NCBI RefSeq assembly: GCF_044704955.1
Contig: NC_091995.1
Coordinates: 5,208,001 to 5,272,000, forward strand
Reading direction: 5' to 3'
Source of the DNA: Pristiophorus japonicus
Taxonomy: Eukaryota
DNA length: 64,000 nt
Shown here: positions 1 to 11,496 of the stretch, in pieces
Layout: each line of letters opens with the position of its first letter
Numbering within the stretch: position 1 is the first letter of the stretch
Program-made: the position numbers and the translations under genes
Notes under the pieces: generated by a model
Database searches by the model: none
What the model was told of the DNA's origin: nothing
Seen by the model: only the letters and a program-made list of their open reading frames with translations

Positions 1-1289
1 GCAGGGCAGTCCTGTCATTTAGCCCTTCCTGCTCCTCCAGTAACTTTTGTCATTTATCTTCAATGTGCACAGACCTATCTCATCATCATTACCACACTCA
101 TCACCACCCACCTCCCGACAGCCAGAATCTCCCTGCATCCCACCAACTGCATCTTTGTCCTAACCATGTTCTCTGGCTTCTGAACTGCTTCTTCCTCCAT
201 GACTTGTTCTTCTGTATTACGAGTTAGTGCTTGATCTAATTGAATGCTGGAACAGGCTCGAGGGTCTGAATGGCCGACTCCTGTTCCTATGTTCCTATAT
301 CTCTCTACATTGTGTCTTTACAAGCATTCTTCCTGCCGTCACTGTATTCTCTATTATCTTATGTCCTCAGTTTCCTCCAGCACTTATTTCTGTTTCTTGC
401 TACCCCTGTACCTGTTGCAAAAATTCCTGTCACAGGTTCCCAGTGACTCGCCCTCAATATTGAGTACGAGCCCATCCACTTCACTAAACTCTGACTCAAT
501 TAGTCCAATACTATCCATTGGTCTTTACTAATTAGCTTTCCAATCGTTTCCTTTGATTAGTTCCCTTCCGCTCCTCTGAAAGACCCAGACATTTTCCTTC
601 AGGTTTTGGGCAGCTGAGATCAGCGAGTTGCTCCACACTTTACTATTGACTCTCGAGCTCTTTCATGCTGCAAAGTCGAGCCTTGTTTAGTCTGTTTGAG
701 CACTGCCAGCGGTCTGCTGTGCGTTAACATTTGTGTTTCTGTCTATTTCAGGAGAGTCCTCCAAAAATAACTGAACAACATTATACAGTAGCATATTGAA
801 GAGCTGGTTTTATTTTCTATTTAATATTTCATATTTACATTATTAGTGAAGACAACCATCAGCCAAACATAGTGGAAGGCAGCCTGTCTCTGAACACAAA
901 GGGCCCACTCAGTATAGTGTGGAGGCATGTAATGGACATTGTCAACCCTGGTACTGAGGGCCTTTCCTGTTTCTTACTTAACCAGTAAAACCCTCAATAA
1001 GGGGTACAGCTTAAGAATACCAGATACAAGTACAAGAATGGAAATATTATCCATACCCAGTTCAAATACGAAAATAAATGAAATGGCAGCACGCAATGTG
1101 TGATTCATGATTAATAATGCAACAATCAAATAATAATAGACTATTTTAGAAGCAATCAGCCATTATAATTCATTCATTATCAAACCAAAACAGTGATTTA
1201 AATCATTAACCTGTTACAGTAGGTTCTTTCAATGTTTAAAAGTGGAGAATTAATGCACGAGAATATTCACAACTGATTAGGTCAAATGA

Positions 1290-1835
1290 CTTTCAATTAC
1301 CTCCTGACTCCCCAAAACCCGTTCTCCATATAAAAAGCACAAGTCAGGAGTGTGATGGAATACTCTCCACTTTCCTGGGTGAGTGCAATTCCAATTAAAT
1401 TCAAGAAGATTGACACCATCCAGGACAAAGCAGCCCGCTTGATTGGCACCCACCCACCACCTTAAACATTCACTCTCTCCACCACCGTCGCACTGTGGCT
1501 GCAGTGTGTACCCTCTACACGTTGCACTGCAGCAACTCCCAAACCCATGAACTCTACCACCTGGAGGGACAAGGGCAGCAGGCACATGGGAACACCCTCA
1601 GCTACAAGTTCCCCTCCAAGTTATACACCATCCTCACTTGGAAATATATCGGCTGTTCCTTCATTGTCGCTGGGTCAAAATCCTGGAACTCCCTCCCTAA
1701 CAGCACTGTGGGAGCACCTTCACCTCACAGACTGCAGCAGTTCAAAAAGGCGGCTCACCACCCCCTTCTCAAGGGTAATGAGGGATGGGCAATAAATGCT
1801 GGCCTTGCACCATCACATCCCAGGAATGAATGAAC
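1290..1835 (+). mobile_element. Degenerate LINE (CR1/L2 group) RT C-terminus and 3' end
   Basis: Reads YKAQVRSVMEYSP..KKIDTIQDKAARLIG-like and ends in GAATGAATGAA. Copy at ~40010-40557. Confidence 0.7.
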
Positions 1836-2366
1836 AAAATACAGAAGAGACTTTCAACATGGAATTTTTGCACTTCTCTGAAAAAAGATTAAGTAACGGC
1901 CTTGAAGGGAATGGAACACGGGGAAGGTTGAAAATATTTGTGAACAAAATGAAGTAAATCTGAAATATAATGGTTAAGTGATGTCAGGAATGTTCTTTTA
2001 AATCTGTAGATTTTAGAAAGAAGCAGAGACAGAACAAAATAAAAGAAACTTTGCGGGATTTCTGAGTGGCCTCCAGCGGGTGTTTGAAGAGCAGCGGGTG
2101 TCTGAAGAGCAGCTGGTTCGGCCGCTCAACGCGCCTTCACTCCGCCCATTTGTATCTCAGGATTGCAATCAGGGTCCTCTACGTCATGGGACCCCGGTTT
2201 GACGAGGTTTCCCCCCTGAAACAGGCGGGCGTTCCCGCTGCCCATCTCAGGACCCCACCCAAGGTGGCGATGGCTGAAGCACCAGCGTAAACTTTAGTGC
2301 CATTTCCAGGCGACTATCACTCCGGTTACACCAGGTGGGGGCTCTTAAAATTGGCCCCGTTAGTTC

Positions 2367-2752
2367 AGGATAGGAGCAGGAGGAGTCCATTCAGCCCCTG
2401 GAGCCTGTCCCGCCATTCAATGAGATCATGGCTGAGCTGTGCCCTAACTCCATATATCTGCCTTTGGCCCATATCCCTTAATACCTTTGGTTAACGAAAA
2501 TCTATCAACCTCAGGTTTAAAATTAACAATTGATCCAGCATCAATTGCGGTATGCAGAAGAAAATTCCAAACTTCTCCCACTCTTTGTGTGTCGAAGTAT
2601 TTTCTAACTTCACTCCTGAAAGGCCTGACTATAATTTTTAGACCATGTCCCGAGTGCTGGACTCCCCAAGCAGCGGAAATACTTGCTCTCAGTTCCCCTT
2701 AATATCTTGAAAACTTCGATCAAATCACGTCTGAAACTTCTAAATTCCAGGG
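2367..2752 (-). mobile_element. CR1 LINE 3' fragment
   Basis: Minus strand LEFR..RRDLIEVFKI plus a 3'UTR similar to that of the CR1 at 36412-37165. Confidence 0.75.
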
Positions 2753-3049
2753 ATGGGTAAAATAAGGATCCAGAGCAAGGTGCAAATGAAAAAAAATGCG
2801 TTTAGTCCATGACTCTGGGACGTAATTATTCCTCCAAATCGCTTAAAACAAATACACGCCGCTTCTATTGTGCAGTTTAATAACAGGCTTGGCAGCAGAG
2901 GTGTTGCTGATTGATCTCAAACACCGCCATGTAGCGCCACCTTCTGCCTGTGGAGCAACATTACAGGCAGGAAGGTCACCGGGTTCCTGCAGTTCACAGC
3001 TCATTCCACCCAGTGAGTTCCCCTCCACAACTCACCATCCATTTGTTTC

Positions 3050-3303
3050 TTCTCCCCCCTCCCCGCTGCTCTCTCTCTCCCCCTCCCCCCCGCCCCTCGG
3101 CTCTCTCCCCCTCCCCCTCCCCCCCCGGCTCTCTCCCCCTCACCCCGCTCTCTCCCCCTCCCCCCCGCCCCCCAGCTCTCTCCCCCTCCCCCGCCCCCCG
3201 GCTCTCTCCCCCTCCCGCCCCCGCTCTCTCCCCCCCCCCCCGCCCCCGCTCTCTCCCCCCCCCGCCGCTCTCTCCCCCTCACCCCGCTCTCCCCCCCCCC
3301 CCG
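3050..3303. repeat. C-rich low-complexity tandem repeat (CCCCGCTCTCTCCCC-like)
   Basis: Visible directly. About 110 bp longer in unit 2 (~41770-42135). Confidence 0.95.
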
Positions 3304-3365
3304 CTGTGACTGAGACCGACGCCCATCAGTTTGCAGGAGGCAGGGTGAAATTATGGGATGGGCCT

Positions 3366-3672
3366 TCCACCGGTCCGCGAGAGGTGGGCGCCGGAGGGAC
3401 TGGAGAGCATCATCACACCCGGCAACCACATTTTAATTTGATTTTATATGTTTTAAAGTTTAATTTGTTTTTATTGCTGGGTTTTAGTGTCCCCCTCCCC
3501 TTTTATAGGGGGCACTTGTAAATTATATGGTTTTAATGCCCCCCAAAAAAATCACAAAAAAAACCCCAAAAAACAAAAAATAAATAAAGAGGGCAGTTAA
3601 AAGTGTCTGCAGTGTCCCCCAGATCGGGGGGCACTCGATCTAATGTTTATTTTGTCCCCCCGCCCAAAAGAG
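3366..3672 (+). mobile_element. 5'-truncated Tx1-type LINE 3' end, antisense in the TRIM-A1 3'UTR
   Basis: Matches the 3' end of the Tx1 at 30610-30930 (ERWAPEGLE.IITPGN, terminal AAAAGAG). 15-bp TSD TTATGGGATGGGCCT at 3351-3365 and 3673-3687. Empty site in the B arm. Copy at 42198-42504. Confidence 0.92.
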
Positions 3673-3688
3673 TTATGGGATGGGCCTG

Positions 3689-6600
3689 TTAGTGACCTTT
3701 AACCCCGCAGATTGTTAGCGGGGCGGAGTTTTTCCCGCCATCATTCAGTCCCGGACTGAAGAGGGGAAAGATTCTCTCAGTGAAAGTCTGGGTGAAAGTG
3801 TGGAGATGGGACATGTTGTGCACATTGTAAAATGACACCTGTCCGCCCTCATAGTCCAGGTACACCCCGATCTTCCGGGGCGTCACACTCGGGGTGAGGG
3901 AGGTCAGTGAGGGGGAGGTGCGGGCAACATAGTCACTTCCGCGATATAGCCACACAATCCAGTATCCAGTCTCTGGGCTCGGGGTGATTGCTCCTTTCCT
4001 CCCGGCAGTCTCTCGGGTCACTCCGATCTCCCACCGAGTCTTGTTCCCCACCTCCACCTCCCAGTAGTGTCTCCCTGATGTGAATCCCTCCGATCCCAGG
4101 ACACAGGGCCAGCGATCAAACCTCTCCGGGGTGTCAGGGAGCGGCTGCTGTTTGTCTCCGAGTCTCACACGGGTCCGACCCTCAGACAGGATGAGCCAGG
4201 GATTCGCTGTGTTCGGATCCAGAGTCAGAGAGGCTGGAGCTGGGGGAAAGTTAAAGTAACACAGTCAGTGATTTAGTTTCTTGCTGTGATTTATTCAAAC
4301 ACTTTCCTGTTTAAAGAGCCCACTCGGGCTCTGGGTTGTGATCCTGGAATCTGCTGCCGCTCCAGGGTTTACGCCCCGGGGGTCGATTTACGTCGATTTC
4401 GGGCCAGAATCAGCGCAGTCAGTGCCCAGAGATAAAGACCCGAAAACCACTGGAGACAGCGGGGGATGGAGAGAGAGAGTGGGCGGGGCGCGGAAGAGAG
4501 CGGGGAGGCGGGTGAGTGCGGTTTCAGCAGCTGTTGCCAAAGGCCACAAGGAAAGTAGTGCTGTGAATAAAATATTTCACAGGTAAGACAAAGTCCAGTA
4601 TAAGGAATGCGATGGAAATAAACACACTGCAATTACATCTGAAGGAGAAACTTACATTTCTAATGTTCCTGACAAATGCCTCAAAGCACTTCCCACAATG
4701 TATTACTTCCCATACCCTCCGCATAAAGTATTTGGGAGTGATTTACGTCTCACAATCGCCCGGATTTACACCGTAAACGGAGCAGTAACGAGACAAAAAC
4801 CACCCGCAGTGCTTCCCACCTGGTTCCCACCAAGGCCCGCCGGGAAATTATACCGCAGCCGCGAAATAGGAATCCAGCGCTCCCGCACTAAACATGGGGG
4901 AAGCCTCATTAGTTTATGCAAACCGGATCCCATAATGTACATGTAACCCCAATGCAATCTTGGTCTTCCATTGGACGGTGCGTGAGCTGTGCAAGTCCCA
5001 CCCAGTGGAACAGTCTGTAGAATGGCCCAACCTGTGGTCCTTAAAGGGACCGCTGGAACCCTCACAGGGAATGATGCAAGGAGTTAGCTCCGTCCGGTGT
5101 CCTGGACAATATTTATCCATCAACCAACATCATGAAAACAGGTTATCTGGTCATTATCACGTTGCTCCCCCCGGATATATTTTCCCGCCATTCTCTGAGT
5201 TTGAGACTGTCGCTACTTTGTTGTAGACTCTGTGACTGTGTTAAACCTCTGGATGTTTATCTTCTCTCTGCGGTTTAGGATCTTGAATACTTCAGTAAGA
5301 TCACCCCAAGCCCTCCCTTATCCAGTGCAAAGACTCCTGATTTCCAGACTAGACACAGACATCAGTGATCATTTAATCCGGGGTCTGGGAGCCGGTTTAG
5401 GCCCTTCTCATCTGGATTTAATGATCATGAAAAGGAATATAGGAGATTTACCGGGGTTAATGGCGTCTATCATTTCTCTCCACGTTGTGTACTGTAAAGG
5501 GCCGTTGAACTTTCCGATAGACAGGGCGCCATCTGCTACTGACAGCAAATGATTGTCCTCACTAAGCCTGTAAATATTACACAGTTAATGTTATAAATTG
5601 ACCATAAACATTTCACCAAACGGTGCAGAGATTCTGTAAAGAGCATGTCCTACCTCCTCTTCCGACAAGCTTCCTCCTAAAATAAATAAAACACAAACAG
5701 TGAGGACAGTAAAAGACTTCAGGAGGACACAGACAGGCTGGTGAAATGAGCAGACACAGGACGGATACAATTTAACACAGAGAAGTGTGAAGTGAAGCAT
5801 TTTGGAAGGAAGAATGAGGAGAGACATTGTAAACTAAATGGTACAATTTTAAATGAGGTGCAGGAACAGAGAGACCTGGGGATCACATTCACAAATCTTG
5901 GAGAAGTGAGTAAGAATTTTTTGACCAATGACTTGTGATGATCTGGAATGCACTGACTGACAGGGTGTAGGAAGCAGATTTAACAGTAATTGTCAAAAGT
6001 GAATTGGAAATAAACTTGAAAGGAAAAAAAAATGCAGGGCTATGGGGAAAGAGCAGGGGGAGTGGGACTATTGGGATATCTCTCAAAGAGACAGCACAGT
6101 CACAGTGGGCCTTTTGTGGTGTAGATTCTATGGTTGTAAGTAGTTGAACATTCTGATTTGTGTGTCAGATACTGTAACTCAATATTCATACATCCTCCAG
6201 GAACGGCATTAAAGATGGTGGAGATAGAAACAGATTTGGGCATTCTAGTGCATACATCCTTAAAGGTACATGAGCAGTGCCATGCAGGAATAGTTAGAGA
6301 AAATGTGGTATTGGAGTGTATCCATAGGACAATTGAGTATAAGACGAGGCATACTGTTTTGTCCTTGTACAAGACCTTAGTCAGGCCGTACTTGTAATAC
6401 TATGTCCAGTTTTGGTCTCCTTACATGGTGGTTAATATTGAGGCTCTGGACTGGGTGCAGAAGTGGGTTACTGGACTAATTCCAAATCTAAGTTACCTTA
6501 GTTATCAAGATAGGTTAAATGAGTTGGGACTCTTTACCTTGGAGCAGTATAGACTTAAGGGGGATATGATTGAGGTTTATGATAATGAATGGAATCGACA

Positions 6601-8305
6601 GTGTTCCAGCTGACCGTTTATTTCAATGGGCTAGGCAGGACCAGGGGGACAAAGTTAAGTTCTATAAGGCTAGATCTAGGTTAGATGTCAGGAGGTGGTT
6701 CTTTACACACAGAATAGTAGACCTCTGAAACAAGCTGCCCTCTCATGTGGTGGATGCAGACTCACTGAATTCCTTCGAGCAAACGCTGGATTTGTTTCTG
6801 GCTGCGGCGGAGATTAACTCGAACAGAAGGTAGGTATTACAGGGAGTTTAATGGCCAGAGTGATGATCTGGACTAGTTTCGATTGCCTCGATGGGTCAGA
6901 GAGGAATTTCGCAGATTTTTCCCCCTAATTGGCCCGGGTTTTTTTAATCTGTTTTTGCCTCTCCCAGAAGATCACATGGTTTCGGGGAGGGTGGACTGGA
7001 TATGTTGTGATACACAAGGTATCGGAACCTGGGACAGGCCCAGATGGTCTTTACCTGTCCGTCATTGTTCATATGTTCGTATCAGTGCCTCTCACAGACA
7101 CAGTGACTGTCAAACCCACAGTGACTGTCACACCCACAGTGCCACACACACCCACACACAACAACTTATTCCCGGGAGGTGGCAGGTATTCCCGGGAATG
7201 TGCGGACACAGTGGGAGCCGATTAGTTCAGTGACAACAACAGAACCGGCCGGGAATAGACAAAATAATCGGTTTAAATCAGTTTCGAATTTTTCAGCAAA
7301 TGCTGCATTTATTTCAGTTGTCATCGGTTATTTTGTGACTGTGTGAAGTTTCACTGAACTGACCCACAATATAATCCTCACCTTCAGAAATATCAGTCCG
7401 TCTTTTTGCTCCATCTGTTTCTGTAACTTTGAGAGCTCCTCCTGAATAGAATTTAAATTCTCTTGAATTTCTCGAAGGTTTTTCTCCATTTTTTCTACAA
7501 TCTTCCCCTCTTGTTCCCTGAGATCTCGGATTAAACGCTGCTCTTTCTCAGTGAGAATCTGGTGCATTTTAGTGAACTCGGATGTGATGCGGGTCTGCAG
7601 ACTGCTCGACTGTTCCTACCAAATGAAATGTGAAACATAATTAATGTACCGCGATAGAGGGAACAAAACTAACCGAGATCCCAGAAAATCAGCTCAGGGA
7701 GACCTTACCCTAACTCCGGAAATCTGCTGTTTCTGTTTTAATTCCGTTTCTAGAGCCGCCGATTTCTTCTCTGTGAGAGAATCTAAGGAAGATTTCAGCC
7801 GATCCTGGGATTGGGAGAGAAAATCACAGAATTAAAGTGTTAGACCATGAAAATGTGATAAAATAATCAGGTGATCCAATCTGTTCCCTTTTACCTTGTA
7901 GATTCTAACAGCTTCTTTAATGGGCATGAAGTTATGCGATTTGTGTTCCCGCGCATCTCTACAAGTGTAACAGATCAGTTTCTTGTCAGTTTCACAAAAC
8001 AGCTTCAGTTCTTCGTGATGTTCCTCACAGTGAAGTTTACGTTCCTTCTCTTTCAGATTCAAGTTTAATATTCGCACTTTCTCAGCCAGTCTCGCTAAGG
8101 CCCGATTAGCCTTGAGGTTTCTTTTCGAAAACTCCGCTCTACATTCCGGGCAGGAGATTCTCCTCTTCTTTGCCCAGCACCGTGTGATACAGGAGCGGCA
8201 GAAGTTGTGCCCACACTCCAGTATTACCGGATCGGTGAAGAAATCCAGACAAATGGGACAATTTAATTCCTCAGCAAAACTCTGGGCCCGCTGATTAGAA
8301 GCCAT
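3689..8305 (-). CDS. TRIM-A1: intact RING/B-box/coiled-coil/PRY-SPRY (B30.2) E3 ligase, TRIM39/TRIM27/NF7-like, 476 aa
   Basis: Exons 8305-7895 (411), 7804-7709 (96), 7615-7382 (234), 5676-5654 (23), 5567-5452 (116), 4239-3689 (551). All introns GT-AG, total 1431 nt in frame. C3HC4 RING ([17 protein letters not shown]), B-box, LTLDPNTA / GRHYWEVEV / LDYEGG motifs. Confidence 0.95.
6200..7080 (+). mobile_element. CR1 LINE 3' fragment in TRIM-A intron 3
   Basis: [43 protein letters not shown]. Absent at the homologous intron sites of C (~21320) and D (~37190). Confidence 0.85.
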
Positions 8306-8415
8306 GATTGAGTTTCAGCACTTCCTGGTTCAATCCGCTTTCAGTTTCGATGTTGTTGCCTTGAATTCAGTTCAGCGATTTCCTGATGAATTCACTGCAA
8401 TATTCGGGGAACTAT
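8300..8415 (-). promoter_or_regulatory. ISRE and GAS motifs just upstream of the TRIM-A ATG
   Basis: GAAACTGAAA at 8339-8348 (minus), TTCGGGGAA at 8403-8411 and ETS-like AGGAAGTG. Motif match only. Confidence 0.55.
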
Positions 8416-8930
8416 TATTATACACTTGTGTATGTCCCGTCGACTTTTACACAGGGAGACAAAACCTAGAGCAGTTTGAAGGACTAACAGGGTTAGAGAG
8501 CCGAGGGGAATAATTGAGCCCTGTCCGGGAGGGTAACGGTCCCTGGGGTGTTGGCAGTGGGAGGAGGGAGAGAGAGGGAGGGAGGAGGCGGGGATGGGTG
8601 GGGATCCAGATTCCAGTGCACTTTGCTCCAGACCGAACTCACTGCCGACCACAAACCCTCTGGTGACACACGGTGTGAGATCGAGATTGATAAACTGAAT
8701 TGTGTTAATGATTGCAGCCGCTCATCCGAAAGCACAAAGTGCCCTGAATGTCAGGAAGTGATATCCGGTGACAGGTACACAGAAGACCCCAGGACGTCCC
8801 AAAGCGCTTTAAAGTGCTCGAAGTACTTTTGAAGAAATGTCGGCACTGTTGTATTTGAACACTGCAAGTGCTGCCCTCCCAGTCCCTGAGACACTGTCTG
8901 ATCGCAAGTCTTTCAGTGTTACACGGTGCA

Positions 8931-8966
8931 CCGCTGCCACCTGCTGGCAGGATATCAGTGCTGCAG
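8931..8966 (-). promoter_or_regulatory. Extended CTCF motif upstream of TRIM-A
   Basis: Minus strand TGCAGCACTG-ATATC-CTGCCAGCAGGTGGCAG: consensus core plus upstream module at 5-nt spacing. Confidence 0.65.
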
Positions 8967-9272
8967 GAAAGATTTCCCCATTAAAATGGCCCGAGAAGTG
9001 GCGACTGTCTCTGAAGGTTCACAGGCACGATGGGCCGAATGGCCTCCTTCTGTGCTGTATCACACTCTGATTCTTATGTATTCTTATACTTGGATCTATC
9101 AAGTGTATTTCCAATTCGCTTTTGACAATTACTGTTAAATCTGCTTCCTCAACCCTGTCAGTCAGTGCATTCCAGATCATCACAAGCCATTGATAATAAA
9201 ATCCCTACTCACTTCTCCAAGATTTGTGAAAGTCTTTTACTGTCCTCACTGTTTGTGTTTTATTTATTTCAG

Positions 9273-11496
9273 GAGGAAGCTTGTCGGAAGAGGAAGTAGG
9301 ACATGCACTTTACAGAATCTCTGCACAGTTTGGTGAAGTGTTTATGGTCAATTTATAACATTAACTGTGTAATATTTACAAGCTTAGTGAGGACTATCCC
9401 GTGCTGTCAGTAGCAGATGGCGCCCTGTCTATCGGAAAGTTCAACGGCCCTTTACAGTACACAACGTGGAGAGACATGATAGACGCCATTAACCCCGGTA
9501 AATCTCCTATATTCCTTTTCATGATCATTAAATCCAGATGAGAGGGGCCTAAACCGGCTCCCAGACCCCGGATTAAATGATCACTGATGTCCGTGTCTAG
9601 TCTGGAAGTCAGGAGTCTTTGCACTGGATAAGGGAGGGCTTGGGGTGATCTTACTGAAGTATTCAAGATCCTAAACCGCAGAGAGAAGATAAACATCCAG
9701 AGGTTTAACACAGTCACAGAGTCTACAACAAAGTAGCGACAGTCTCAAACTCAGAGAATGACAGGAAAATATATCCGGGGGGGGAGGAGGTAGGATGGTG
9801 GGGGTTGTGGGGCGAAGGGGCAAAGCCGAGGAGCAGCCAGCAGCGGGCAGGACAATTCATGCACCTCCCGGCCACAGAGAAGCTGTTACACAGAGAATAA
9901 ATAGAAAGAACGTGTTTTTATATCCGACCTTCACGACCTCAGGACGTCCCAAAGCTCTTTACAGACAATGAAGAGTTTTTAAAGTGTAGTCACTGTTGTA
10001 ATGTAGGAAACGCCACAACCAGTTTATGCACAGCAAGCTCCCACAAGCAGCAACGTGATAATGACCAGATAACCTGTTTTCATGATGTTGGTTGATGGAT
10101 AAATATTGTCCAGGACACCGGAGGGAACTAACTCCTTGCATCATTACCTGTGAGGGTTCCAGCGGTCCCTTTAAGGACCACAGGTTGGGCCATTCTACAG
10201 ACTGTTCCACTGGGTGGGACTTGCACAGCTCACGCACCGTCCAATGGAAGATCAAGATTGCACTGGGGTCCCATGTACATTCTGGGATCCGGTTTGTATA
10301 AACTAATGAGGCTTCCCCCATGTTTAGTGCGGGAGCGCTGGATTCCTATTTTGCGGATGCGGCATAATTTCCCGGCGTGCCTTGGTGGGAACCAGGTGGG
10401 AAGCACTGCGGGTGGTTTTTGTCTCGTTACTGCTCCGTTTACGGTGTAAATCCGGGCGATTGTGAGACGTAAATCACTCCCAAATACTTTTTGCGGAGTG
10501 TATGTGAAGTAATACATTGTGGGAAGTGCTTTGAGGCATTTGTCAGGAACATTAGAAATGTAAGTTTCTCCTTCAGATGTAATTGCAGTGTGTTTATTTC
10601 CATCGCATTCCTTATACTGGACTCTGTCTTACCTGTGAAATACTTTATTTACAACACTACTTTCCTTGTGGCCTTTGGAAACAGCTGCTTAAACCCCAGT
10701 CTCCCCCCCACCATCTCTCTCTGCCCACCCCCACCCTGCTGTCTCCAGTGGTTTCCGGGTCTTTATCTCTGGGCACTGACTGCGCTGAGTCGGGCCCGAA
10801 ATCGACCCCCGGGACGTAAAGCCTGGAGCGGCAGCAGATTCCAGGATCACAACCCAGAGCCCGAGTGGGCTCTTTAAACAGGAAAGTGTTTGAATAAATC
10901 ACAGCAAGAAACTAAATCACTGACTGTGTTACTTTAACTTTCCCCCAGCTCCAGCCTCTCTGACTCTGGATCCGAACACAGCGAGTCCCTGGCTCATCCT
11001 GTCTGAGGGTCGGACCCGTGTGAGACTCGGAGACAGACTACAGCCGCTCCCTGACACCCCGGAGAGGTTTGATCGCTGGCTCTGTGTCCTGGGATCGGAG
11101 GAATTCACATCAGGGAGACACTACTGGGAGGTGAAGGTGGGGGACAAGACTGAGTGGGGTCTGGGAGTGACCCGAGAGTCTGCCGGGAGGAGAGGGATAT
11201 TCACCCTGAGCCCAGAGACCGTATACTGGATTGTGGGGCTGTATCGCGGAAGTGACTATTTTGCCGGCACCTCCCCCTCACTGACCCCCCTCACCCCGAG
11301 TGTGAAGCCCCGGAAGATCGGGGTGTACCTGGACTATGAGGGCGGACAGGTGTCATTTTACAATGCGGACAACATGTCCCATCTCCACACTTTCACCCAC
11401 ACTTTCACTGAGAGAATCTTTCCCTTCTTCAATCCGGGACAGAATGACGGGAAAAACTCCGCCCCGCTGACAATCTGCGGGGTTAAAGGTCACTAA
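9273..11496 (+). pseudogene. TRIM-B1: orphan 3' cassette (exons 4, 5, 6) with an open B30.2 exon
   Basis: Exon 4 9273-9295; exon 5 9382-9497 (acceptor CAG>CAA); exon 6 10949-11496 open with intact acceptor and ATTAAA at 11767. No same-strand exons 1-3 upstream. Confidence 0.88.
9900..10240 (-). mobile_element. DeuSINE-like SINE in intron 5 (truncated mirror copy ~4980-5166)
   Basis: CCGGTGTCCTGGACAATATTTATCC..ATCTGGTCATTATCAC core and a CTTTGGGACGTCCTGAGGTCGTGAAG tail, recognised from memory. Confidence 0.6.

Noticed and set aside
2040-2360. GC-rich stretch ending AAATTGGCCCC, possible TIR remnant
   Set aside because: No matching second end or TSD found; too weak to call.
2868-3521. Long Pro-rich and Gly-rich ORFs (also 41589-42353)
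   Set aside because: Translation artefacts of the C-rich repeat and Tx1 fragment; frames change between units.
7081-7165. CACAGTG repeats resembling RAG heptamers in intron 3
   Set aside because: Part of a CACAGTGACTGTCA minisatellite; no ACAAAAACC nonamer at 12/23 spacing found.
7832-7894. Read-through tails of ORFs 7832-8305 and 7328-7567
   Set aside because: Intron sequence beyond canonical GT donors, not separate proteins.
8548-8832. ORF containing TKCPECQEVI, resembling a RING end
   Set aside because: Isolated CxxC with no other RING ligands; lies over the TRIM-A promoter region.
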